A DNA stretch of 63,264 bases, filler included, from an uncultured bacterium (GCA_964499705.1; 3 parts of 3 records of this genome joined end to end with filler, not necessarily neighbours in it), one strand, 5' to 3'; counted from the first letter of the whole stretch, positions 50,437 to 61,499 are shown. The notes: generated from the letters alone by a model not told the origin. Numbers and translations are program-made.

Positions 50437-51484
50437 CAGGCCAACCAGCCATGGCGGAGTTCTTCTCATTCTACTCCTCGTCTTCTCGATCGTCATTCTT
50501 TCGGGTCTTGCATTTCTCATACAGTCCGCCGCCGCCAATTATGGGACGGTCAGAGCAAAGGAACGATCGTGGCAGGCCAGGCTCTGGGCGGAGAGCGCGA
50601 TCGAGGACGCCGCGGCGCGGCTTCTCGCCGATCCATACTGGCGAGCGTACGGCTCCGACACGTCGAGAATTCTATCCGAGGAATTGCCGGAAGGAGCCCG
50701 ATACGAGGCGCGCGTTACGGAAACGCATGCGCCGGATCGGCTTGTCGTTGAAGCTACAGGATTTTCCGAAGGAGCCAGATTCAGTGTTCAACAGGAGGTA
50801 AGGCTTCGGATGCCCTTTCTTTTCACATTACTCGCGGTGAAAGACATCCGGCTCGCCGGAAACGCCGTCGTGGAGGGGAATGCCGACGCGGGCGGCGAGA
50901 TGACAGTCTTCGATCAAGCGCGAATCACGGCGTCCGCGCGCGCCGGAAAATCCTTCAACGGCGCGAAGGAAAACGTGTCAGGAGGCGTGACGGAGGGGAT
51001 TTCGGCGGATGGTTCGTTCGATTTCGCCAAGGTGTTCGCGGCGGTGCTCCTGGAAAAACCGCGCCGTATCATGGGCGGCGGCCTGACGAACATGGCCATG
51101 GCCGATACTTCGATCTGGATCGACGGATCCGCGGACGCGCGCGGAATCCTGATACGAGGCGGCTGCATTCTGGTAGCAGGCGATCTCCGCATCAGAGGCC
51201 CGTTCGAGGTGGAAGGTTTGAAGAATCGGGTCGCCCTGATCGTGGATGGCGATCTCACGATCGAAGAAGGCGGATCTCTCCGCGCGACGGGCCCGGTGGT
51301 GGTTCGCGACGCATTCACAAGCTTTGGACGATGCGTCATCCAGGGATCCGTCTTTGCGAAGTCGATCGACGCCGGGGCCGGATTCTATCTGAGGGCGGAT
51401 CCGGAACTGGCGCGCGCGGCAATTCCAGGATTCTCACGCACGGTGAAGCTGGGCAGGTATTGCGAGGCTTCATCCGATCCTTGA
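50429..51484 (+). CDS. PilX/GspK-like pseudopilin with C-terminal beta-solenoid
   Basis: G|GVLLILLL lacking Glu5, QARLWAESAIE; Gly/Val-rich beta repeats; GTG at 50429. Confidence 0.7.
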   Translation: MNSRPTSHGGVLLILLLVFSIVILSGLAFLIQSAAANYGTVRAKERSWQARLWAESAIEDAAARLLADPYWRAYGSDTSRILSEELPEGARYEARVTETHAPDRLVVEATGFSEGARFSVQQEVRLRMPFLFTLLAVKDIRLAGNAVVEGNADAGGEMTVFDQARITASARAGKSFNGAKENVSGGVTEGISADGSFDFAKVFAAVLLEKPRRIMGGGLTNMAMADTSIWIDGSADARGILIRGGCILVAGDLRIRGPFEVEGLKNRVALIVDGDLTIEEGGSLRATGPVVVRDAFTSFGRCVIQGSVFAKSIDAGAGFYLRADPELARAAIPGFSRTVKLGRYCEASSDP

Positions 51485-51615
51485 CTTCCCTGTCGCGCAC
51501 CCGAAGGTCTCGATATACGCCTGCTTGAAGACAAATCCATTTTTTCGGCCGGCCGGTCGAAGGCGGTAACGTGACGACGTAATACAGGGGAAAGGTCGTC
51601 TGCACAATGACAGGG

Positions 51616-52071
51616 TCAGAGCTTGTGCGATCTCCGCCAGACAAAGTGGTCGGCCCAGGGTAGTATCTCCTCGAAGCAGAACGGAAAGGACCAGACTTTC
51701 TCGACGCGAAAACCCATCGCGTGGCACAGCATCCGGGAAGGTCTGTTGGATTTCCGGACAAAGGCCACAATCTCGGCGTCCGCGCCGGTTGCATCGTCGA
51801 TGACCCTGCGGACGAGCGCTGCGGCGATCCCGAGGCGACGATAGTCGGGCAGGACGACGGTGGAGACGATCTCCCACTGACGGGCGCCTCGCCGGACGAT
51901 GATGCAGCCCGCGGGCCGGTCATCGACGAGCGCGAGAGTGCAGGAGATTCCCGGCATGATCGCGGACGCGACGGCGAGACTTGCGCGGAGCCCGAGCGGG
52001 AACGAAGCGCGGATCAGTGGCTTCAACTCGGCCAGCGAGGAATCCCTGACTTCGACCCCTGTAATCGTCAT
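51616..52071 (-). CDS. GNAT-family N-acetyltransferase
   Basis: VVLPDYRRLGIAAAL, VRKSN..MGF; ATG at 52071 with AAGGA upstream. Confidence 0.8.
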   Translation of the reverse strand: MTITGVEVRDSSLAELKPLIRASFPLGLRASLAVASAIMPGISCTLALVDDRPAGCIIVRRGARQWEIVSTVVLPDYRRLGIAAALVRRVIDDATGADAEIVAFVRKSNRPSRMLCHAMGFRVEKVWSFPFCFEEILPWADHFVWRRSHKL

Positions 52072-52319
52072 GATGTCCTTCTCCGTCGGCGCCCGACGGT
52101 TCGCGGCTGTAGTGAATATACAATACCAGGTAAAATCGTCCTCAAGGAGTGCGTCATTTTTTTCACGTTCACTATTGTCAGTCGCCGTGTCGACGTTGTC
52201 TTCCGTCAACCCAAGACGATAATGAGCATCTTGACATCGGCGAAACTCCCCCGTCCCGCATGGCGTTGCCCATGCAACAGGAATGGAAAACCCTTTCAAA
52301 TCAAGCTATTCTACTTGCG

Positions 52320-53114
52320 ATGAACTTTTTGATCATCGCGGTGTGCATCGCCGTTGTCTTCTTCGTCGCCGAGCGTTTCCACCCACCTCAACCGCAGCCG
52401 GTTTTCCGCCGGGGAATCTGGGCCGATCTCGTCTACGCGCCGCTCAACATACTCCTTCGCATCCTCGTCAACTTCATCCTGGCATCCGCGATCGCTCGGG
52501 CCGGCGTGCATATTCTTCCAGGCCGGTTTTTCGGCGTCGTCCGGGGAGAACCAGCATGGTTTCAGGCGTGCGTACTGGTAATTGTCCTCGACTTCGTCTT
52601 CTACGTGATCCACCGGCTGAAGCACCGCTGGCGCTGGTGGTGGAGGCTTCATGAGACCCACCATAGTTCGATCGATCTCGACTTCCTCGCCAGCGTGAGA
52701 TTCCATCCGCTCGAGAAATTGATCGACAGGTTCATCTTCCTGCTTCCCATCATGATTCTGGGCCCCGGCGATGCCGCGATCGCCATCTGGTCGGTAACGG
52801 ATGTCTTCTTCGGCATGTTCGGCCATGCCAATCTCTCCTGGAAACTGGGACCGCTTAAATACATATTCGTCGGTCCCGAGATGCATCGTTGGCATCACGT
52901 CAAGGATCCGTTGTTGAGGGAGTGCAATTACGGCAATAACTTATCCGTATTCGACTGGATCTTCGGCACCGCTTTCGTCTCGAATGAACAGCCAGGCGAT
53001 TTTGGAGTCGACGACAAGGAATATCCCGTGACGAATATTCTTGCGCAGTTCGTCTACGCGTTCCGTTCGCCCCCCCGGAGCGATGCCGAGCGGGGCGAAT
53101 CCTCTGACGGATAA
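52320..53114 (+). CDS. Sterol desaturase/fatty acid hydroxylase family protein
   Basis: His boxes HRLKH, HETHH, HAN, HRWHH; NYG..FDWIFGT. Confidence 0.88.
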   Translation: MNFLIIAVCIAVVFFVAERFHPPQPQPVFRRGIWADLVYAPLNILLRILVNFILASAIARAGVHILPGRFFGVVRGEPAWFQACVLVIVLDFVFYVIHRLKHRWRWWWRLHETHHSSIDLDFLASVRFHPLEKLIDRFIFLLPIMILGPGDAAIAIWSVTDVFFGMFGHANLSWKLGPLKYIFVGPEMHRWHHVKDPLLRECNYGNNLSVFDWIFGTAFVSNEQPGDFGVDDKEYPVTNILAQFVYAFRSPPRSDAERGESSDG

Positions 53115-54597
53115 TACGAGTGCGGCGCCGAATTCACGTTGGACGGCGCCTCGCAAGATTACTCTCTTCGCCATCGTCGCCCTGGCTCTGGCCATCCGGC
53201 TTGTCGCTATCGATTGGGGCCTCCCGGACAGCTCTCACCGCTGGCCATACCACCCGGATGAATCGAATCTCTTCGTGCGCACACGTGAAGCGGTCCTGGG
53301 ACTGCGGCCGCTGGGTCTAGCCCACGGAATCACGTTTTTCGGAATCTACGGAACTTGGACGGTTGCGGGCGCGGGCCTTGGGCTTTTCCCGCTCCATGCC
53401 GATGCCTACGTCGCTGATCCTTCGCACCTTTACGGTCTTTACCTCTGGAATCGCATTTTAACCGTGCTCATTTCAACCGCGACGGTCGTGCTCGTCTTCG
53501 CGGTATCCCAGCAGTTGGGTCTCTCGCAGGAAAGTTCCGCCCTGGCCGCATTTTTCCAGACGATACTCCCTTTCGCCGTGCTTCACGCGAAATACCTCAC
53601 TCCTCATTCGGCCAACGCCGCGCTCTTCCTGCTCGCGATCCTCCTGCATCTCCGCCGATCGCATCCCTCTCTGATCTCGTTCGCCGCCCTTCTGACTACT
53701 GCCTGCGAATACGCGCTCGCCCCGCTCTGGTTCGTCTTGCTGATCGCGGAGCGCGGCGAGGACAAAAGCCGGTTACACGCCTATCTCGCGATTGGCCTGG
53801 CGGGCGTGGCTCTCTTCGCCAATATTCTCGTCGATCCTTCGTCCTGGTTCGCGACGCTGAAAGGGCAGTCGCACTTCTTTAATATCCTCGGACTCGGACC
53901 GATCGATCTTGCAGGCATCATGGGCCCGGCTGCCTCGTATACGATTCTCGCCGCGGGAACGGCGGGACTCGCCCTGCTTTCCAAACGACGCCGAGCGCGT
54001 CCAACGATCATGGCCGTTGCGGTCACAGGACTTGCCCTCCTGGCGCTCGGGAGTCCCTTCTCCCGGCGGTATGCTCCCCTGTATCCGTTCCTCGCCATAG
54101 GAGCGGCGAAACTGGTGGAATGGATACCACTCCGAAGTCCGGTGCGCGTTTTTCTTGTTCTTCTCCTGATAGTGGAACCTGCCGCGCGATGCATTTCCCT
54201 CACGACCGCACTGATCGACTCGGATACACGCAGCGTTGCGCGCACAGCCATCGAATCCGCGATCGCGCCGGATTCTGGAACCATCGCCCTCCAAAACTGG
54301 TTCTTCGCTCCGCACCTCAGCATGAATGCCTACCAATTTCAGATGCTCGACGCGCACGGCGAGGGCGGCGGTTCTGCCCGCTTCATACTCACGACAGAGT
54401 TCAATCGGCCCGATCCTCGAACGCTTCGACCTCCCCGATACAGGTCCATTGTCACGGTCGAGCGCCATCACACCTTCGCCGGTTTCGTTTTCGACGATCG
54501 AAGCTGGCCTGAAGACCTGCGCTATGCCAATCCGGGCATATGGCTATTCGAAGACATGGGAACACCGGAGGTGATAAAATCGAGCTCGTTCGAGTGA
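53083..54597 (+). CDS. GT-C fold membrane glycosyltransferase (PMT/ArnT-like)
   Basis: TM1 followed by WGLP..YHPDE loop, many TM segments, late RRYAPLYPFLAI motif. Confidence 0.75.
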   Translation: MPSGANPLTDNTSAAPNSRWTAPRKITLFAIVALALAIRLVAIDWGLPDSSHRWPYHPDESNLFVRTREAVLGLRPLGLAHGITFFGIYGTWTVAGAGLGLFPLHADAYVADPSHLYGLYLWNRILTVLISTATVVLVFAVSQQLGLSQESSALAAFFQTILPFAVLHAKYLTPHSANAALFLLAILLHLRRSHPSLISFAALLTTACEYALAPLWFVLLIAERGEDKSRLHAYLAIGLAGVALFANILVDPSSWFATLKGQSHFFNILGLGPIDLAGIMGPAASYTILAAGTAGLALLSKRRRARPTIMAVAVTGLALLALGSPFSRRYAPLYPFLAIGAAKLVEWIPLRSPVRVFLVLLLIVEPAARCISLTTALIDSDTRSVARTAIESAIAPDSGTIALQNWFFAPHLSMNAYQFQMLDAHGEGGGSARFILTTEFNRPDPRTLRPPRYRSIVTVERHHTFAGFVFDDRSWPEDLRYANPGIWLFEDMGTPEVIKSSSFE

Positions 54598-54756
54598 AAC
54601 GTGGCGGTGTCTATGCGACGAAGTAAGGAACGCTCCCGATTCCGGACCTTCTTCGGCTGAAATCATCCTGAGGAAGTTCCTGCCGGGATTTTGGATTTCC
54701 AAAAGGCTGCATTTACAATAGAAGGTATCTATGAAGTCGAGAAAAAATCACCGAGG

Positions 54757-55683
54757 ATGAGCATTGTCGCGGCCATCGATGTCGGATCAAACGCGATGCG
54801 GATGGCGATCGCCCGCATCTCCGGATCGGGCCGGTTTGATATCATGGCCACCAGCCGTGAGGCGGTGCGCCTGGGCGAGGATGTTTTCTCGTCGGGAGTC
54901 ATCGCGGACGAGACGATCCGCAGGGCGGCCGAGGGTTTTGTCCGGTTCCGGGACCTGATGGATCAGAATAAGGCTTGTCATGTCCGCGCCGTGGCGACGA
55001 GCGCTTCCCGTGAAGCGAAGAATCGCGACATTCTTGTCGAGGCGATACGCGGATCCTCCGGAATCGAGCTCTCGGTCATCAGCGCCGAGGAGGAAGCACG
55101 GCTCATACATGACGTCGTCGCCTCCCGTATCGAGCTGGGTCCGGGCCCGGCTCTCCTGGTTGAGCTGGGAGGAGGAAGCGTGGAGGCCACGATCTCCGTG
55201 GGGGGATCCCTGATCGAGACCGCCTGTTTCATGCTGGGGGCAGTGCGCTTGAAGCGGAACATGAAAACGGAGAGCGACGAGTCGATTCGGAAGCTCATCG
55301 CGCCGCACATCGACGAGATGCGGCGATGGATGGGGCGCGTCCTTGGTGATCGCCCGGTCGGCATCTGCGTCGGGACGGGCGGAAATGTGGAATGCCTGGA
55401 CGATCTCCGCAAATCCTGGTTCGACTTGTCCGGCTCCGGGATCACCTTGGAACAGATGCGCGACATGAGCCGCCGGCTGCAGGCCATGGGATCCGACGAG
55501 AGAATTCGGAACCTGGGCCTCAGGCCCGACCGTGCGGATGTCATCGTGCCCGCGGTCCTCGTGTTCGCGGAAATCATGGCCATCGCCGGCGTTCCGAATA
55601 TCAAAGTGCCGTGCGTCGGCCTAAAGGAGGGTCTCCTCCACGATTTCTCGCGGGGAACGGCATTCGGCGCGAGAACGACCTGA
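54757..55683 (+). CDS. ppx: Ppx/GppA exopolyphosphatase, short form without HD domain
   Basis: AAIDVGSNAMRM, AVATSASREAKN, ELGGGSVE, RADVIVP, GLKEG. Confidence 0.88.
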   Translation: MSIVAAIDVGSNAMRMAIARISGSGRFDIMATSREAVRLGEDVFSSGVIADETIRRAAEGFVRFRDLMDQNKACHVRAVATSASREAKNRDILVEAIRGSSGIELSVISAEEEARLIHDVVASRIELGPGPALLVELGGGSVEATISVGGSLIETACFMLGAVRLKRNMKTESDESIRKLIAPHIDEMRRWMGRVLGDRPVGICVGTGGNVECLDDLRKSWFDLSGSGITLEQMRDMSRRLQAMGSDERIRNLGLRPDRADVIVPAVLVFAEIMAIAGVPNIKVPCVGLKEGLLHDFSRGTAFGARTT

Positions 55684-56102
55684 CGAATCCGCCCAAACCG
55701 CGGAAGACACGCTCAAGCTTGCTCCAACCAACCGCGCCTGTTGCCGTGGCTCACGTGGCTCGAAAATGGAATTTCCGATCACCCAGCACCCGGATCGCGA
55801 TGGAGTGCCTCCCGGATGCATCTTTCTCCCCCTTGGAGGGAATGAAGGCGATTTCGGCGAACTGCCGTAATGCGTAATCCTGATCTACATCCATGCGCGA
55901 CTTGAATCTTGCCCAAATACTCCCCGTCCGATACCTTCACGACCATGGTGCTGCGATTGAATAGCCTGAACAATTGCGCTTCAACGACTGGAATGATCCC
56001 GTGATCCGATCAGGCAATCCCGCGTTGAACGCGGACGATTTCAGGGCGCTCTCTCCGGCCCATGTCAAAAACGAGATGACGCTCATCTGGCTCTATAGGG
56101 AG

Positions 56103-58569
56103 ATGCTTCGCCTCTTCGCCAGACTGCGCAGCCGAGACTAGAGTTCTGGTTCTCTTCGCGGCTTTACTACTCCTTGTAACCGGCGTCGAAACAACATACG
56201 CGGATACCGCCGCGAGGATTTCCGGAATCGAGCTTACCTCGAAAGAAGAAAGGCTGCTTGCGGATCATCCCGTCATCCGCGTCGCGCTCGATCCTCGCTG
56301 GGCGCCCTTGGAATTCCTGAACGAAACCGGCGTGCCGACTGGATACTCCGCGGACATCATGAACCGCGTCGCGGGGAATCTCGGAGTCGAGGTCGAGTAT
56401 ATCAAGTTCGCCAACTGGCCGGCGATCGTCGCGGCGGCGCGCGCGAGGGAGATCGACGTTCTACCGAGCGTGCAGATCACGCCGGAGAAGGCGCAATTTC
56501 TCGAATTCTCGCGTCCGCACCTGCATGTTCCGCTGGCGGTTGTGACGCGGACAAGTCGCCCGTTCATGCGCGATGTCGCGGATCTGAACGGGGAACGGAT
56601 CGCGGTTGTGAAATCCGACGCGCCCGCCGACATTCTGCGCAAGCAATTTCCCGAGCTGAAGCTGATCGAATACGAAGATCTCCGCGCCGTTCTGGAGGCC
56701 GTCGCCGCGGAGGAAGTCGACGCGGCGGTCGATAATCTTCCGGTGATCAGTTATCTCGCGACGAAATCCGGTTTTCACAACCTCAAGATCGCTCTCGTGA
56801 CGGAGGATGGACTCGACCTGGCCTTCGGCGTCCGGAAGGACTGGGAGTTATTGCCCGGTATCATCGACAAAGCGCTCACGCGGATCACGCCCGCGGAAAG
56901 AGACGAACTCTATCGAAAATGGGTGACGCTGAAGGTCGAGCCGCAGCGCGAATACGGACCGCTCCTGCGCGTTCTCCTGGCCGCCGTGGTGGTGATCATC
57001 CTCATCTTCTTCTGGAACCGCCGGCTCGCTCAGGAAATATCCCGCCGGAAGGAAGCCGAAGCGGAGCTTCGTATTGCGAGAGACGTGGCGAACTCGGCGA
57101 CGCGCGCCAAGTCGGAATTCCTCGCCGACATGGGGCACGAGATCCGGACACCGCTGAACGCGATCATGGGATTCTCGGAACTCCTCGAGGAACGTGCGGA
57201 GGATGCAACCGCGAAGGAATACCTGAAGGCGATCAATTCGAACAGCCGGTCGCTCTTGAAATTGCTGAACGATCTCCTTGATCTTTCCAAGATCGAAGCG
57301 GGACGGTTGGAACTCCAGCCCGAACCGACGGACCTGCGCTGCGTGATCGAGGAGATTCGCCGGATTTTTTCGGTCGCGGCGGGGAAGAAGGGCGTCGAGA
57401 TCGCCGCGAAGGTCGATGCCGGATTTCCGGACAGGGTGCTCCTGGACGAAACGCGCATTAGACAGGTTCTCTCGAACATCATCGGGAATGCCGTCAAGTT
57501 CACGGATCACGGGACGATCGAGCTGAAAGTGGTTCTGCCTGGGCCTTGTACGGACGGCGCTCGTGCCGCTGGCACACGTACCGACGGCTCGCGTGCCGAC
57601 GGCACTTGTGCCGACGTCGTGGATTTCGTCATCGAGATCGCGGACACGGGCACGGGATTTGACTCGGCAAAGACGGACATCTTCGCGCCCTTCGTGCAAG
57701 CGCCGCAGGATGCGGCTCGCGGAGGGACGGGTCTCGGACTTTCGATCTGCAAGCGGCTTGTCGAGTCGATGGGTGGAACTATCTCCGTTCAATCGGCGCC
57801 GTCCAAGGGGAGTGTTTTCCGAGTGACGTTGCATGGAATTCGCGTGTGCGCGCCGGTGGCGCGGGAGAAAACCTCGGCGGCCGGGGTGCCCGTCCTGTCT
57901 CCCGGTTCAGGGCGCATCCTCGTCGTCGACGATGCCCCCGACAATCGCGCGCTCGTCAAGGCGATCCTCGCGCGGTTTCCTTCCGTGGAAGTGGTGGAGG
58001 CGAAGAACGGCGACGAAGCGATCGCTCTTTGCGAAGCGATACGGCCCGATCTCGTCCTCTCGGATATGAGGATGCCCGGCCGTGACGGCGTATCCATGGC
58101 GCGCGAACTTCGCGCGAGGGAATCGTTTCGCGGGATGCCCATTGTATGCATGACGGCGTCCGTGGAGCCGGAAATTGTCGGCAAAAATGAAGGGCTCTTC
58201 GACGCCGAAATCCGGAAGCCGATGTCGCGCCATGAATTGATCGAGATCGTCGCGCGGTTCCTGTCACCGTCGGGCGCGACAGCGACATCCAGAATCCCTG
58301 CGGGTTCGCCGGACGCTCTTTCGGCGGACGAACGAAATAATCTCGCGGAGCGATTCGGCGGAGTATGGCGAAAGATCCGCGGCACGTCCGCGCTGCACGA
58401 CGTGGAGAACTTCGCGCGTGAGCTCGGCGTTTATGCCGAGTCGAGGAAGATTCCCTTCGCATCCGAATGGTCGCGGAAAATTCTCGCGGCGATATCGGTC
58501 TACGATATCGCGGAGATGAACCGGCTTCTGAAGGAATACGGCCGCATGACCGGCGCGGAGGAAATATGA
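56103..58569 (+). CDS. Hybrid sensor histidine kinase (periplasmic PBP, HisKA, HATPase, receiver); 5' end apparently frameshifted
   Basis: LTSKEERLLADHPVIRVALDPRWAPLEF upstream of the 56308 TTG; HEIRTPLN, GNAVKFT, GTGLGL, LSDMRMP. Confidence 0.85.
57541..57615 (+). repeat. Five degenerate 15-bp tandem repeats inside the HATPase domain
   Basis: GGGCCTTGTACGGAC GGCGCTCGTGCCGCT GGCACACGTACCGAC GGCTCGCGTGCCGAC GGCACTTGTGCCGAC. Confidence 0.75.
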
Positions 58570-59705
58570 CGGCGCCGGCAGAAGCCGAAACGATTCTCGT
58601 CGTCGATGATGTTCCCGCGAACCAGCAGGTCGCCGCGGCGATCCTGGGTCCGGAGGGTTACAACCTTGTGTTCGCCGATTCCGGCCCGGAGGCGCTCGCC
58701 AAACTCGGCCACGGCGGAATCGATCTTGCGCTTCTGGATGTGATGATGCCGGGGATGAATGGTTTCGAAGTGTGCAGCGCGATGAAGTCGCAACCGGAGA
58801 GCGCCGGAATTCCCGTTATCTTCGTGACGGTGCGCGACGAAGTCGACAACGTCGTGCGCGGTCTCGATCATGGCGCCGTGGATTATGTCTCGAAGCCGAT
58901 TCGTCCACCGGAACTCCTCGCGCGCGTGCGGACGCATCTCGCGTTGCGCCGTGGTGAGAAGCAATTGGAAATCCAGAATTCGCGACTCCGGGAGTTGCTG
59001 GCGATCAAAGACCGACTCTTTTCGATCATCGCTCACGACCTGGGAAGTCCGCTCGCTTCTGTCGATGCGGTGGCGCATTACATCCGGACGAATACTGAAA
59101 AACTTTCCGAAGCGGAGATACGCGAAGAATTGGATGAGATGCGCAAGGCGATCGCCGACGGAAAGTCGCTGCTTGGCGATCTTAATCTTTGGGCTCGCTC
59201 GCAGATCGGGCTCTTCGCCGGCGAGATGCCCGCTGCGGATCTGGAACCGGCATTGCGCTCCGCGATCGAGCATGTACAGCCGGCAATGCGGGCGAAGAAG
59301 ATCGAGCTGAACGAGGAGATTACTTCAGGAATGGAAGCAACCGTTCATATTCAGATGATTACCGCGATTCTCAGGAACCTCCTCAGCAACGCGGTGAAAT
59401 TTTCTCATGAGGGGGGATCGATCCGGTTGGAAGCAAAGCCGGTCGATGGCTCCATCCTGATTCGGGTGCGTGATGAGGGAGTTGGGATGGATGAGCGCAC
59501 GTTGGGATCGCTTTTTAGCATAGCCGGCCAAAGGACGATGCCGGGCACAAAAGGCGAAAAGGGATCCGGGCTTGGACTATTGCTTTCAAAGGAATTCGCT
59601 GCATATACGGGTTGCCGGCTGGAGATCAGGAGCCAGCCCGGCCGTGGAACGATTGCTGAGCTCAATATCCCATTAATATTACCAATACTACCAAACATAA
59701 AATAA
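58566..59705 (+). CDS. Receiver-histidine kinase hybrid
   Basis: ILVVDD, LLDVMMPGMNG, IIAHDL, NLLSNAVKFS, GSGLGL; ATGA overlap with the upstream kinase. Confidence 0.9.
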   Translation: MTAPAEAETILVVDDVPANQQVAAAILGPEGYNLVFADSGPEALAKLGHGGIDLALLDVMMPGMNGFEVCSAMKSQPESAGIPVIFVTVRDEVDNVVRGLDHGAVDYVSKPIRPPELLARVRTHLALRRGEKQLEIQNSRLRELLAIKDRLFSIIAHDLGSPLASVDAVAHYIRTNTEKLSEAEIREELDEMRKAIADGKSLLGDLNLWARSQIGLFAGEMPAADLEPALRSAIEHVQPAMRAKKIELNEEITSGMEATVHIQMITAILRNLLSNAVKFSHEGGSIRLEAKPVDGSILIRVRDEGVGMDERTLGSLFSIAGQRTMPGTKGEKGSGLGLLLSKEFAAYTGCRLEIRSQPGRGTIAELNIPLILPILPNIK

Positions 59706-59748
59706 AATAGATAATTGTTATTGACAATACTGTGTTGGTCTGGTAATT

Positions 59749-60384
59749 ATGCCCGGTATGAAGGGGTCGATCACACCAACTCAGGCCGCGCGTCTTCTTG
59801 GCATCGGAGGAAGTTCCGTCCGCCGCTGGATTGATTCGGGCGAGCTTCCCGCTCGTCGCACACCCGGCGGACACCGCAGGATTGCGAGCATCGACTTGGA
59901 AAAATTCGCGTCTTCCCACGGCATGGCGCTGCAAGCGGATCCGCATCGAATGGCGCGTCGCGATTCCGCTCCGCCGCTCGTGCTGGTCGTGGACGACGAC
60001 GAGGCCTTGTTGAGATCCTTGAAGAAGACCTTCGAGACTGAACTGAAGGAATTTCGCTTTCACTTCACGTCCGACGGCTTTGAAGCCGGAATGATTGCGA
60101 TGCGCGAACGACCCTTTCTGCTCCTCGTGGATTTCCGGATGCCTGGAGTTGACGGGATTACAGTCTGCAGAACCGTCCGGAGACTTCTGGGTGGCGCTGA
60201 AGTATGCCGCATAGCAGCCATTACCAGTTACTCGGATGACCAGAATCTCCGGGCAGAGTTCTGGGCGGCCGGCGGCGACCACATTCAAACCAAGCCGCTC
60301 AACCTGAATGAAATCGTCGCATTTGTCCGCGCGACGGCGGTCAAGCTGAGTGTCAGCAAAATTGCGAATTCGATGGTTGTCTGA
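59749..60384 (+). CDS. Response regulator with N-terminal excisionase-type HTH
   Basis: TPTQAARLLG..VRRWIDSG..RTPGGHRRI; VVDDD, VDFRMPGVDG, KP. Confidence 0.85.
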   Translation: MPGMKGSITPTQAARLLGIGGSSVRRWIDSGELPARRTPGGHRRIASIDLEKFASSHGMALQADPHRMARRDSAPPLVLVVDDDEALLRSLKKTFETELKEFRFHFTSDGFEAGMIAMRERPFLLLVDFRMPGVDGITVCRTVRRLLGGAEVCRIAAITSYSDDQNLRAEFWAAGGDHIQTKPLNLNEIVAFVRATAVKLSVSKIANSMVV

Positions 60385-60575
60385 TGAGAAATCCCGGGAC
60401 GGTCTCACGGGGTCTTGATCTTTGCGTCAGCACGGATCATCAGGATCTTTTTTGTACCTGTGACCACGTTTCTACAGTTTTGTGCAATTTTGGTTGTGAA
60501 AGCAATATAGGACTGCTACGGTGCTGCATCGTTTTGCAACGCGTATATTTTATAAGTCCTTTTGTGAGGTTTTAG

Positions 60576-61499
60576 GTGCGAGAAATTGTTCTGATCAGCC
60601 GAGCGCGATTTTTTTTGTACCTGCTCTGCATGTGCGGCATATCACACCTCGTCCTTCCATCGTTGGCTTACGCCCGCGAGTCGAATCAGCGTGCGGATGG
60701 AGGCGGATTCGACGCATTCACTGGACTGCTAGGCTCGGGCGGATGGATTGCCTCCGGGAAATCCGTCACCCCGGATGCGATCTCCGAACTGTATGCGGGA
60801 CCGTCGGCGATCGATCGCGCGTCAGGGACATCGATCGGAACGACGTATTCGCAGCCGTACAAGAGAATCGACGGCTTCGACTTGGGATCGATCGACCTTG
60901 TCACCGACAAGTTCTCATTCGCCAACCTCGGATTTTCGTACAGCCGGTTCGAGATCGGCGGCTTTCGCGAAGCGACATCGGCCGGCGCTTTGACCGGCCG
61001 GAGTTTCGACGCCAGCTACGACGCGGCTCGTCTTTCGGCGGCGAAGTCCTACGGCCGGTTTGGTGTCGGCGCGTCCGCGAACTATTACGGCATCTCGATC
61101 CAGAATCGCTCCAAGTCTGCATTCGGTCTCGACCTGGGCGCCGGCTACTCCATCGATTCCGCGCGCGTCCTTCTTAACCTGCGGAACCTGAGTGGCGACC
61201 GGAACGATCCGGACCGGTTGCCCATTGTCGGGGAGATCCGCGGCGAATGGTCGCCGTACAGGCAGATGCATCTCGGCGTCGGCGGAACCTTCCGCGAAGA
61301 TGCGACTGGTGAATACAACGTCGGGATCCAGTACGACATCTTCAAGATGATCTCGCTCCTGGCAGGCTACCAGAGCGGTCCGAAGGAATGGTCCGCCGGC
61401 GCGATCGCGCGGTATCAGAAGATCAACCTGCAGTACGGAATCACGGCTCATCGCGAGCTCGATTTCTCCCACACGCTGTCGCTGGGGGTCTCCTTCTGA
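60576..61499 (+). CDS. PorV/PorQ-like outer-membrane beta-barrel
   Basis: Signal peptide; FGVGASANYY, FGLDLGAGY, LLAGY, HRELDFSHTLSLGVSF resemble 1318-2271. Confidence 0.65.
   Translation: MREIVLISRARFFLYLLCMCGISHLVLPSLAYARESNQRADGGGFDAFTGLLGSGGWIASGKSVTPDAISELYAGPSAIDRASGTSIGTTYSQPYKRIDGFDLGSIDLVTDKFSFANLGFSYSRFEIGGFREATSAGALTGRSFDASYDAARLSAAKSYGRFGVGASANYYGISIQNRSKSAFGLDLGAGYSIDSARVLLNLRNLSGDRNDPDRLPIVGEIRGEWSPYRQMHLGVGGTFREDATGEYNVGIQYDIFKMISLLAGYQSGPKEWSAGAIARYQKINLQYGITAHRELDFSHTLSLGVSF

Noticed and set aside
59749-59920. Excisionase indicating a prophage or integrative element
   Set aside because: The HTH is fused to a receiver domain beside two kinases; no integrase or phage genes
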